A stretch of 59,733 nucleotides of DNA from Clostridiales bacterium. GTDB lineage: Bacteria > Bacillota > Clostridia > Christensenellales > Aristaeellaceae. The stretch is taken from contig SFOF01000002.1 in NCBI GenBank assembly GCA_004552515.1, forward strand, positions 1 to 59,733, read 5' to 3'. The translations under genes and the position numbers were made by a program. Positions 45,295 through 53,169 of this stretch are shown here, piece by piece (position 1 is the stretch's first letter; every line of letters begins with the position of its first letter). The notes beneath the pieces were generated by a model, which saw nothing but the letters and a program-made list of their open reading frames with translations, had not been told where the DNA came from and made no database searches.

Positions 45295-46275
45295 TCAGGT
45301 GGTACGGGTCATTGCGCAGCCGCAGCGGGGGCACTGCGTCGCCGTTCCCGCGCAGGTGGTGCCGCAGGAGGAGCAGGTGCTGGTGCAGCTCGAGCAGCTG
45401 CCGCACGCGCGGCCCAGGCCGTTCACGCAGGAGCGGTTGCACGAACAGCCGGTGTTCGCGCTCGCGGTCGTCGATTCCTCGCACGCCGACTTCGGGAAGA
45501 GCGGGAGGGAGAAGAATTCATCACATACGTTTTCCGCGAACTCCTCGCAGGGCGGCACAGAGCAGAAGCCGTAGGAGGGCACCATCATCTCCACCTCGGC
45601 CAGCACCTTCAGGATCACGGTTACGCAGATGGTGATCTTGAACTGGAAGTTGCCGATGTAGGTGCCGGTGACGCAGATGCCGCTGACCATGCTCTCCAGC
45701 GTGAAGGGCACGATGGACTCGTCGGGGATGGCCAGCAGGACATCCTTATCGACCGGCAGCTCGGCGCGGCCCATCCATTCCTGGCAGTTCTGGTCGGTAA
45801 ACAGTACGTCGATGGGCAGGCTGACCTTGCACTTGACGCGCGCAAACTGCGGGCGGTCGCACAGGCGATCGATGGTCAGATTGCTGATCGTGCCGCAGGT
45901 CGTCGAGGAGCGGCAGCTTTCAAACGTCCACGCGCCGCACGGCTGGGGCCGGCACGGGCTGTTCTCGGCGTTTTCGACCGCTTCATTGTAAGTAATGGTT
46001 CCGCCGCAGTCCCGGCAGGTGCAGTTGCAGGTGCAGCCGTCGCATTCGCACTTGCAGGGGCGCGTGCCCGTGTCGCGGCAGTTGTTGTCCGGCAGCACCG
46101 GCACGATGCCCGAGACGGTCACGGTCTTGTCGGTCAGCTGCTCCTGCTGAAGGCAGCTGTCATAGACGTTCTTAACCTGGATGCACACGCGTTCGGTCAG
46201 GCCGTCGCAGGGGTTTCCGGTGATGCAGCCGGGGCTCATGGACGCGTTGGCGTTCTTGTAGCTATAAAACGACAT
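45295..46275 (-). CDS. Cysteine-rich protein (about 12 percent Cys), candidate spore coat/exosporium component
   Basis: The 326-aa product starts at ATG 46275 with AAGGAGG 7 nt upstream. Cys blocks are CKCECDGCTCNCTCRDCGG and GCSCNRSCVNGLGRACGSCSSCTSTCSSCGTTCAGTATQCPRCGC. I see no signal peptide or TM segment. The function is inferred only from composition and neighbourhood. Confidence 0.6.
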   Translation of the reverse strand: MSFYSYKNANASMSPGCITGNPCDGLTERVCIQVKNVYDSCLQQEQLTDKTVTVSGIVPVLPDNNCRDTGTRPCKCECDGCTCNCTCRDCGGTITYNEAVENAENSPCRPQPCGAWTFESCRSSTTCGTISNLTIDRLCDRPQFARVKCKVSLPIDVLFTDQNCQEWMGRAELPVDKDVLLAIPDESIVPFTLESMVSGICVTGTYIGNFQFKITICVTVILKVLAEVEMMVPSYGFCSVPPCEEFAENVCDEFFSLPLFPKSACEESTTASANTGCSCNRSCVNGLGRACGSCSSCTSTCSSCGTTCAGTATQCPRCGCAMTRTT

Positions 46276-46889
46276 ATCCATTCCTCCTTGTCGGTCCGTG
46301 GATCGTTCATCCACACTGCATCATATGACCGCCCTCGAAATGCGTGCGCCTAAATTCGCCGCGCGCCGTTTCGACAAGACTCGCGCCCATTTCCGACAGC
46401 CTGTCCCCCGCTTGCACGCCTATAATGGATTGACGAAATAAGACAGGGCGGGGCGATGGCATGATTCGTTTCGGACAGGAGCACATTTCAAAGGGAGAGG
46501 GTCGGGGACTCGAGCCGCTTTTCAGCCGGATCGCGCGCGCTTCTCACGGCCTCCGCGCAAGGCAAACCGCGCTCTTTCCCCCGTCGCGGCCGAAACACGC
46601 CGCCGATCGCTCAAAAGCGCCGCGCGGACAGGCTGCTTCTCACATAGCCGCATCGAAACGCGGCGCCCGGGGGAAGCGGCGTTCACTCGGCGGTATTTCG
46701 ACGAGGCCCGCCGCCCCCAAAGCGCCGTTGCCGCGCCTTGGCGCGCTTCTCAGCCACGCCTTCAGGCTGTGCCGAGCGGCCGCGCGCGATAAAGCCGTCC
46801 GCCTGAAGCGCCGCGCCGCTTCGATTCATCCGCTGGGGGCGCTCAGAAGCCGTCTCGGGCGATTTCCCACGGCTGTCGGGCGGTTTCAG

Positions 46890-49229
46890 ATGATCTGGAT
46901 CGCGCAGGGCGCGCTTCTGGCTGTGCTGTCCTCGTCGCGGCTGATGAGCGCGCTGTCGCCCTTCGCCGTCGCCTGCTTCGCCGCCGCGCTGGACTGCGGC
47001 TGGCCGCCCCTGCCCATGCTGGCCGGGTGCCTGGTGCACGCGCTGGCCGCCGGCTGGAGTCTGCCCGCGCTCACCGTGCCGTTCGGCTGTCTGCTGGTCT
47101 GGGGACTGCGCGCGCTTGAGCGCCGCTTCCTCAAAATCGCGCCGGAGAGCGAATCGGGAAAAGGCCGCCGCGCCCGCCGAAGGGCGATCGTTCAAAAAAA
47201 TGGTCTGCGCGAGGTGTTCGTCGCCGCGCAGGCCGGTCTGGGCGTGCTCGTGCCCGGTCTGGCCGTTTCCGGCGGGCTGACGTTTAACGGCGTTATGGCG
47301 CTGCTTTCCGCCGTTATCGCCGCGCTGCTGGCTCCCGCCGTTCAGCCGGCGCTCGCGCTGCGTCCGTTCTCTCGAAGGCGCTATCTGAGCGAGGAGCGGC
47401 TCTCCGCCGCGCTCATGGCGCTGATGCTGCTGATCGCGCTGGGCAGCTCGCCGTTCTGCGGCCTGTTCCTCGCGCAGTGCGCTGCGGCGCTGTTGACGCT
47501 CGTCTGCGCGTCTCAGGGCGCGGGCGCCGGCACGGCGGGCGGCGTGGCCTGTGCGGCGGCGCTGGCGCTGGGCACGGGACTGGCTCCCGCCGGACAGGCG
47601 CTGGCGCTGGGCGGTCTGCTGGCCGGGTGCGTGATGAATCTGCCGCGTCCTGCCGCTGCGCTGGCGCTCATGCTGGGCAACGCGCTGGCGCTCACGCAGG
47701 GCGTGGGCTTTACGCCCGGCCGCATCGAGCTTGCGCCGCTTCTGCTGGGCTGCGCGCTCTATTGCGTTATTCCCGCCGGGGGGCTCGCCGCCGCCGCGCG
47801 CCTTATCAGGCCGGAGACAGCTGCGCCCGATTCCCTGCCCGCGCGCCGCGCCTGTTCGAGGCGGCTCAATCGCCTTGCCCGCGTGTTCGAGACGCTCTCC
47901 GACGGCTATCGCGCCGAAAGTCCGCTGCCGGACGAGGGCGAGATGATCGCCCGTTTGCGCCAGAGCCTGTGCGAGGGCTGCGCCGACTATCCCCGCTGCT
48001 GGGCCGGCGACTGTCCCGAGGCGGGCCGGCTGATGTGCCGCCTGATCAGCGAGGCGCTGAGCGGCCGCTGCCAGCCGCTTTTTGAAAGACCGCCCGAGCT
48101 GATTCGCCACTGTCGCCGTTCGGCGCAGATTGACCGCCGCTTGGGCGCAACGCTCCTTGAGCTGGCCGAGCGCTGCCGGACGACGCGGGAGCGCGGCAGC
48201 ATGAAGGCCGTCGTCTCCGGACAGCTGCGCCAAGCTGCGGCCTTTCTGGACGAGTTGAGCCGCGCCGTTTCGCGCACGGACGATGTTGATCCCGTCCTGA
48301 GCGAACGCTGCGCCGCCGCGCTCGAGCAGGCGCGCTGTCCCGCGCGGCGCGTGACGGCCACCGGCGACGCGCGGCCCGACGTGCTCGCGACGCTGGAGAA
48401 GGACGGCTGGACGAAGGAACGGGCGCAGACGGCGGCGCAGGCGCTCTCGCGGGCGCTGGGCTGCCGCATGGTTCCGCTCAGGCCCTATGATCAGCCCTCT
48501 CTGCGCTTTCTGGCCGCGCCCCGGCTGCACATCCGCGCCGGACTGAGCGTATCGCCGCTCCAGCCGAATCAGCCCTGCGGCGATACGGCGCACATCGGCC
48601 TGCTCCCGGACGGACGGCTGCTGGCCGTGCTCTCGGACGGCATGGGCAGCGGAGAGCGTGCCGCCGCCGAAAGCCGCCGCACCATTCGGCTGATCCGCAC
48701 GTTCCTCGAGGCCGGGCTGGACAGCGTTCGCTCGCTCGAGGCCATCAACGCGCTGCTTCAGCTGCAAAGCGGCGAGCTGTTCGCCACGGTCGATCTGTGT
48801 CTCATCGATTTGCAGAGCGGCGAGGCCTCCCTGAGCAAGCTGGGCGCGTGCTCGTCGCTGCTGCTCAGCGGCGGCCGGACGCGCGCTCTGCCCGGCGGCC
48901 ATCTGCCCATCGGTATTCTCGAAAAGATTACGCCCGGCGAGCAGCACTTCGTCATGCGTCCGGGCGATACGCTGATCCTCTGCTCCGACGGCGTGGCCGA
49001 CGATCTGCGCGAGGGTCAGGCGGCGTGGCTGGCCGAGCAGGCGCTTGCCCTCAGGGGACAGCCGCCACAGAGCCTGGCGCAATCGCTGCGTCAGGCCGCG
49101 CTCGACCGGCAGGGCGGCGTTCCCGCCGATGACATGAGCGTCATGGTGCTGCATATCGACCGCCGCGGCGAGGCCGCGCAATCCGGCGCTTCTGCGATTC
49201 CCCCCGAAGCGTCCGACGCCGCTTCATAA
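46890..49229 (+). CDS. spoIIE: Stage II sporulation protein E (multi-TM PP2C phosphatase)
   Basis: About 10 TM segments are followed by a PP2C domain (LLAVLSDGMGSGERAAAESRRTIRLIRTFLEAG, LILCSDGVAD, ADDMSVMVLHI). The start is uncertain. ATG 46890 lies just before TM1, and the upstream 143 codons of ORF 46461 look non-coding. Confidence 0.85.
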   Translation: MIWIAQGALLAVLSSSRLMSALSPFAVACFAAALDCGWPPLPMLAGCLVHALAAGWSLPALTVPFGCLLVWGLRALERRFLKIAPESESGKGRRARRRAIVQKNGLREVFVAAQAGLGVLVPGLAVSGGLTFNGVMALLSAVIAALLAPAVQPALALRPFSRRRYLSEERLSAALMALMLLIALGSSPFCGLFLAQCAAALLTLVCASQGAGAGTAGGVACAAALALGTGLAPAGQALALGGLLAGCVMNLPRPAAALALMLGNALALTQGVGFTPGRIELAPLLLGCALYCVIPAGGLAAAARLIRPETAAPDSLPARRACSRRLNRLARVFETLSDGYRAESPLPDEGEMIARLRQSLCEGCADYPRCWAGDCPEAGRLMCRLISEALSGRCQPLFERPPELIRHCRRSAQIDRRLGATLLELAERCRTTRERGSMKAVVSGQLRQAAAFLDELSRAVSRTDDVDPVLSERCAAALEQARCPARRVTATGDARPDVLATLEKDGWTKERAQTAAQALSRALGCRMVPLRPYDQPSLRFLAAPRLHIRAGLSVSPLQPNQPCGDTAHIGLLPDGRLLAVLSDGMGSGERAAAESRRTIRLIRTFLEAGLDSVRSLEAINALLQLQSGELFATVDLCLIDLQSGEASLSKLGACSSLLLSGGRTRALPGGHLPIGILEKITPGEQHFVMRPGDTLILCSDGVADDLREGQAAWLAEQALALRGQPPQSLAQSLRQAALDRQGGVPADDMSVMVLHIDRRGEAAQSGASAIPPEASDAAS

Positions 49230-49245
49230 GTTCATATATAAATAG

Positions 49246-49293
49246 AAACGGGACGAACCGGCGCGCTCAGGCGCTCGATTCATCCCGTTTTTT
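49246..49293. terminator. Bidirectional terminator between spoIIE and GH29
   Basis: A long imperfect hairpin pairs aaacgggacgaaccggcgcg with cgctcgattcatcccgttt and is followed by TTTTTT. Confidence 0.6.
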
Positions 49294-49310
49294 AGTTGCA
49301 TTGGCGAAGG

Positions 49311-51035
49311 TCAGATCAGCCGCCTGAAGAGCACCTCGCTGCTGTGGCAGGGGATGCGCCAGGAGGTGTAAACCCTGGACAGCGCGTGGAAAACCACGTC
49401 GGTTTCGCCGTTGTTGTAGACGATAAATTCGTTCGGCGCGTCGTCGCAGCGCGTGACGTACGCATCGACGCGCTGACCGCCGATCTCCAGCCAGGCCTCC
49501 TCCAGCTCGAGCGGGTCGCCCGTGTCGCCGGTCGAGCTGGCGATGGGCCGGAACGTCAGCCGGTACTGCCCTGCGCCGGTGAGATAAGGCTCCAGCTCAT
49601 AGCGAAAGTGCGCCTGATTGCGCATCTCCATCGTTCCGAATTCGTCCAGCCGGTCGAGATAGTTGACGATGTTCATGTAATGCTCCGTGCCGTATTCGCC
49701 CAGGCGGGCCTCGTCGAAGTTGAGCGTGGAGAAGCGGGGGATTTCGCCGACGTAAAAGGCCGAAAGGCGGCGCAGCAGCGGCTCGCCCTCGCTGCGCAGA
49801 ATTTCGACGCGGATGCGGGAGACAGTCTTTTCGGCAAAGAAATCGATCTTCTTGTGGCCGATGGCGCTTCCGCCGGAGAGCAGATGCCATTCTTTCCCGT
49901 CAAAGCCGCTGACCTTGTAGGCGCGGATGCGCTGTCCGCCGGCGATTTCCTCCATGAGGACGACGTGATCGACCTTTTTGAGGCCGCCCAGCTCCATTTC
50001 GACGCACGCGCCGCGCTGATCGCGGATTTCCGCGAGAGGATGGGAGAAGCGGCGGCGGATCTCGTCGCCAAATTCCTTCATGCGCTTCATATCGGCCTCG
50101 GGAATATCGCCGAAGGGATGCGGCGCGTGGTTGATCAGCAGGTTGGTTCCATGGCCCACCGAGCGATAGTACATCGCCATCAGGTCGTCCAGCGACTTGA
50201 GCGGATTGGCCTCGTCGTCGGGCTGCACGCCGTCCCGGCTGGTATAGTCCCAGTTTTTGCGCAGGCGCGCGTCCACCTCGATGGGCAGCCAGACCTCGCC
50301 GTCCGGGCGGCCGCTGATCTGCGTCGAGACGCCGGAGAGCGCGTCGTAGCGCCCCACGGCGTTCCAGACGGGATCCGAGGCGTAGCCCTCCTCCTGCCCC
50401 ACCCAGCGGATGGTGGCATAGCGGCTGTTGAAAACCATGGCGTCGGGCGCGTATTTGCGCAGCACGTCCTCGATCTTCAGCTCAATGGAGCCGTCGAACC
50501 AGACCTCGGCAATGTCGCCGTAGTTGCCCAGCACCTCGCTGAGCCAGCCCTTGTAGATCTTCGTATAGGCTGCCTGCCGTTCGGGATCATCGATCAGGCC
50601 GCCCTGCCCCGCGCCGTAGGTGGCGGAGCTTGCGCAGATGTAAATGCCCAGCCGGATCCCTGCCCTGCGACATTCCGCGGCCAGCTCGGCCAGCGGATCG
50701 CCGCGGCCGTCCTTATAGGGCGCGTTCTTGAAGTTCATTTCGCCGTATTGGCTCTGCCAGCGGCAGATGCCGCAGCCGTGCTTGGCGACGAACACGATGT
50801 ATTTTGCGCCCAGATCGAGTGCGGACTGCACCCACTGCCGGGCGCTGAAGCGCTCAAGGCGCGCGTGGCTCATCATTTCCCGCTGCACGGCGGGATCGGT
50901 GATGTTGTCGGTTCGCCGATCCATGGGGTCGTCGTGCGTCTGAGGAAACCAGTGTATGAACAGGCCCAGCTCCATGTCGGCCCAGTCGTATTGCGCCCGG
51001 GTCGGGCGGGCGAGGAAGGAAGAGGCTTCGGTCAT
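49311..51035 (-). CDS. Alpha-L-fucosidase-like (GH29) with C-terminal carbohydrate-binding-like region
   Basis: It contains MELGLFIHWFPQ and GAKYIVFVAKHGCGICRWQS, which resemble the GH29 FIHWG and KHHDGF blocks. It is divergent. Confidence 0.6.
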   Translation of the reverse strand: MTEASSFLARPTRAQYDWADMELGLFIHWFPQTHDDPMDRRTDNITDPAVQREMMSHARLERFSARQWVQSALDLGAKYIVFVAKHGCGICRWQSQYGEMNFKNAPYKDGRGDPLAELAAECRRAGIRLGIYICASSATYGAGQGGLIDDPERQAAYTKIYKGWLSEVLGNYGDIAEVWFDGSIELKIEDVLRKYAPDAMVFNSRYATIRWVGQEEGYASDPVWNAVGRYDALSGVSTQISGRPDGEVWLPIEVDARLRKNWDYTSRDGVQPDDEANPLKSLDDLMAMYYRSVGHGTNLLINHAPHPFGDIPEADMKRMKEFGDEIRRRFSHPLAEIRDQRGACVEMELGGLKKVDHVVLMEEIAGGQRIRAYKVSGFDGKEWHLLSGGSAIGHKKIDFFAEKTVSRIRVEILRSEGEPLLRRLSAFYVGEIPRFSTLNFDEARLGEYGTEHYMNIVNYLDRLDEFGTMEMRNQAHFRYELEPYLTGAGQYRLTFRPIASSTGDTGDPLELEEAWLEIGGQRVDAYVTRCDDAPNEFIVYNNGETDVVFHALSRVYTSWRIPCHSSEVLFRRLI

Positions 51036-51072
51036 GGCGGTACGCTCCTTTTTGGGTTTATTGCGGCGCGGT

Positions 51073-52950
51073 TTAAAGGCGGAACAAGAGCGGCAGGGCG
51101 TAGAAGGTCAGCGTGCTGACAAAGTAGCACAGCGGCCAGAAGCGCACATCCGCGCGCTGTCCGTCGTCAAAGACGATCGGGGCGGTGACGGAGACGTTTT
51201 CAAACGACGTTCGGGAATCGGGGCTTTCCTCATAAAAGATCCAGTTGGGCAGGGGCAGGTGGTTGAGGGGATAGAAGCCGCTTTCATCGGCGGCGGGCAG
51301 CTCGACGCGGAAATCCATGCTCGAGAAGCTCGCGCCCTCGTAACCGGCCGGAATGGTGGAACCGGCCAGCGCGTTCCAGAAGATGTGCTCGGCCTTGGCG
51401 TAGGCGCTGTCGGCCGCCTCGCCCGAAAGGAGCAGGCCCGCCCACAGGTTCAGCTGCATCCAGTCGGCGGTCGAGCAGGATTCGTTGCGCGGGGACATGG
51501 GGAAGCCCTCCGGAATGTCTACGGCGACGCTCTCATAGTGCTTTTCGGCGATGCGCCGGCGGAAAAGCTCCGGCTTTTCGTTCCAGCTCATATCGCCGGT
51601 GACATGAGCCATGCGCTGATAGGCGCGCAGCGTGGTCATCGCGCCGTGCGTGTGAGCATACTCGATGCCGCCCAGCCGGGCCAGCAGCAGGAGCATATCG
51701 GAGCAGATGTTTTCGCCGTTGGCCAGCATGATCATTCTGTCCGCGATGGATTCCAGCGTGTTGTAGAGGAAGTGCGGGTTGATCTGGCTTTGCAGGGCGT
51801 TCATCTGGGCGTTTTGCAGCAGTTCGATGTATTCGTCCACCTTTTCGCGCTGGAGATCGTTCTCGTTCTGCATCTGTATGATGTGATCGCGGATCTCGTC
51901 CAGCTCGCTTTTCTGATGGTCGTCCGGGATCGCGTGGGGATAGGCCCGCACGGCGCGCACGATGCCGGAGATCGGCTGATAGATCCAGTTGGCCAGTATG
52001 AGCGCCATGAGCGCGTCGAGCAGGAGCGACATGGCCAGCATGGAGAGGCAGAAGGGCAGCGTGCCGGGCATGATGTGCGAATAGGCGTTGAGCGGCGCGA
52101 CGCAGCAGTAGATCAGCGAATCGTCGGCGGAGGGCTGGCGCGATATGACCATGCGCGCGCCATTTACGTCGTAAAGGCCGGTATCCGCGCCGCCCTCCAG
52201 GGCGATCTGGCGGAACGGCTCCGCTTCCTCCGGGTGGTGCTGATAATAGTATTCATAGGAGTACACCAGCCGCCCGCTCTCCCGCTCATAGCAGATGATG
52301 AACGGCTTGTCGAAGGCCTTGTAGGCCCCCATGTCCAGCAGACGGCCCAGGGCGCGCAGATTGATTTCGACCGCGACCACGCCGCGCTCAATGCTGTCGC
52401 GGATGGGATACATGACCAGCATCGTCGCGGGCCAGGGATTGTCGCTGAGGAAGCGGCGGCTGCGCCGAATCTTTTCCGCCTCGTCGGAGAGCGGCTCGGC
52501 GGCGGGGATTTCCGCGGGCGGGAAGAGAACGCCGCCGTCCAGATCCGCGGCCAGCCGCTCAAAGAGCGCGCGCAGCTGGCTCGGATCGACCGGCTTGAGC
52601 AGATAATTGTAGATCCTGCACTGGATTCCCCGCACGGCGAATTCGAACTCCTGATAGCCGGAGAGCAGGACGACCGCGATCGGCAGCCTGTTGCGCAGGA
52701 TGTATTCGGCCGCGTCCAGGCCGGTCTTGTCATACATCACAACGTCCGTCAGCAGGACGCTGGGGAGCGGCGCGCCGCGCTCGATCAGGGCCTGAATACA
52801 GGCGATGACGTCGCTGCCGTCCTCGAACAGGCCGCGCACCTCATAGCCCATGCCCGGCCAGTCGAAGCGCGTTTTCAGGCTTTCGCGGATCACCTCGTCG
52901 TCATCGGCAATAAACAATCCATACAATGCCTTCATCCTCCGTTTTTTCAA
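51073..52950 (-). CDS. Atypical fusion of a response-regulator receiver, a YesM-type sensor region and a His_kinase (QINPHF) domain, with no recognisable HATPase domain
   Basis: The REC domain is LFIADDDEVIRESL...VLLTDVVMYDKTGL...LLKPV. The TM is LPFCLSMLAMSLLLDALMALILANWIY. The LytS/YesM phosphoacceptor box is ALQSQINPHFLYNTLESI. The last roughly 215 aa lack N, G1 and G2 boxes. The start is uncertain (TTG 52950 or ATG 52935). Confidence 0.65.
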   Translation of the reverse strand: MKKRRMKALYGLFIADDDEVIRESLKTRFDWPGMGYEVRGLFEDGSDVIACIQALIERGAPLPSVLLTDVVMYDKTGLDAAEYILRNRLPIAVVLLSGYQEFEFAVRGIQCRIYNYLLKPVDPSQLRALFERLAADLDGGVLFPPAEIPAAEPLSDEAEKIRRSRRFLSDNPWPATMLVMYPIRDSIERGVVAVEINLRALGRLLDMGAYKAFDKPFIICYERESGRLVYSYEYYYQHHPEEAEPFRQIALEGGADTGLYDVNGARMVISRQPSADDSLIYCCVAPLNAYSHIMPGTLPFCLSMLAMSLLLDALMALILANWIYQPISGIVRAVRAYPHAIPDDHQKSELDEIRDHIIQMQNENDLQREKVDEYIELLQNAQMNALQSQINPHFLYNTLESIADRMIMLANGENICSDMLLLLARLGGIEYAHTHGAMTTLRAYQRMAHVTGDMSWNEKPELFRRRIAEKHYESVAVDIPEGFPMSPRNESCSTADWMQLNLWAGLLLSGEAADSAYAKAEHIFWNALAGSTIPAGYEGASFSSMDFRVELPAADESGFYPLNHLPLPNWIFYEESPDSRTSFENVSVTAPIVFDDGQRADVRFWPLCYFVSTLTFYALPLLFRL

Positions 52951-53169
52951 AAAAATGCCGGACTCGTCCCTGCCCCTGCAAAAAACTCAGGCGTACGCCT
53001 GATTGTTCGTTCCACATTATGCGAATGTTACGTCCTGTTGCCAACGGGAATTATTCAAAGGGCCGGAGGGGCCGCGTCCGGGGAGGGGGCGCGCATGGCG
53101 CTGCCGCGGCGGATAAAAGGCGGCGTTTGCCCGTTCCGAGAAGCGGACAAGCGCCGTCTATATGCCTCT

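Noticed and set aside
46461-46889. An N-terminal 143-aa extension of SpoIIE from ATG 46461.
   Set aside because: The segment is Arg/Ala-rich and low complexity, like the other GC-rich non-coding islands. SpoIIE homology starts at TM1 just after ATG 46890. A somewhat earlier non-ATG start cannot be excluded.
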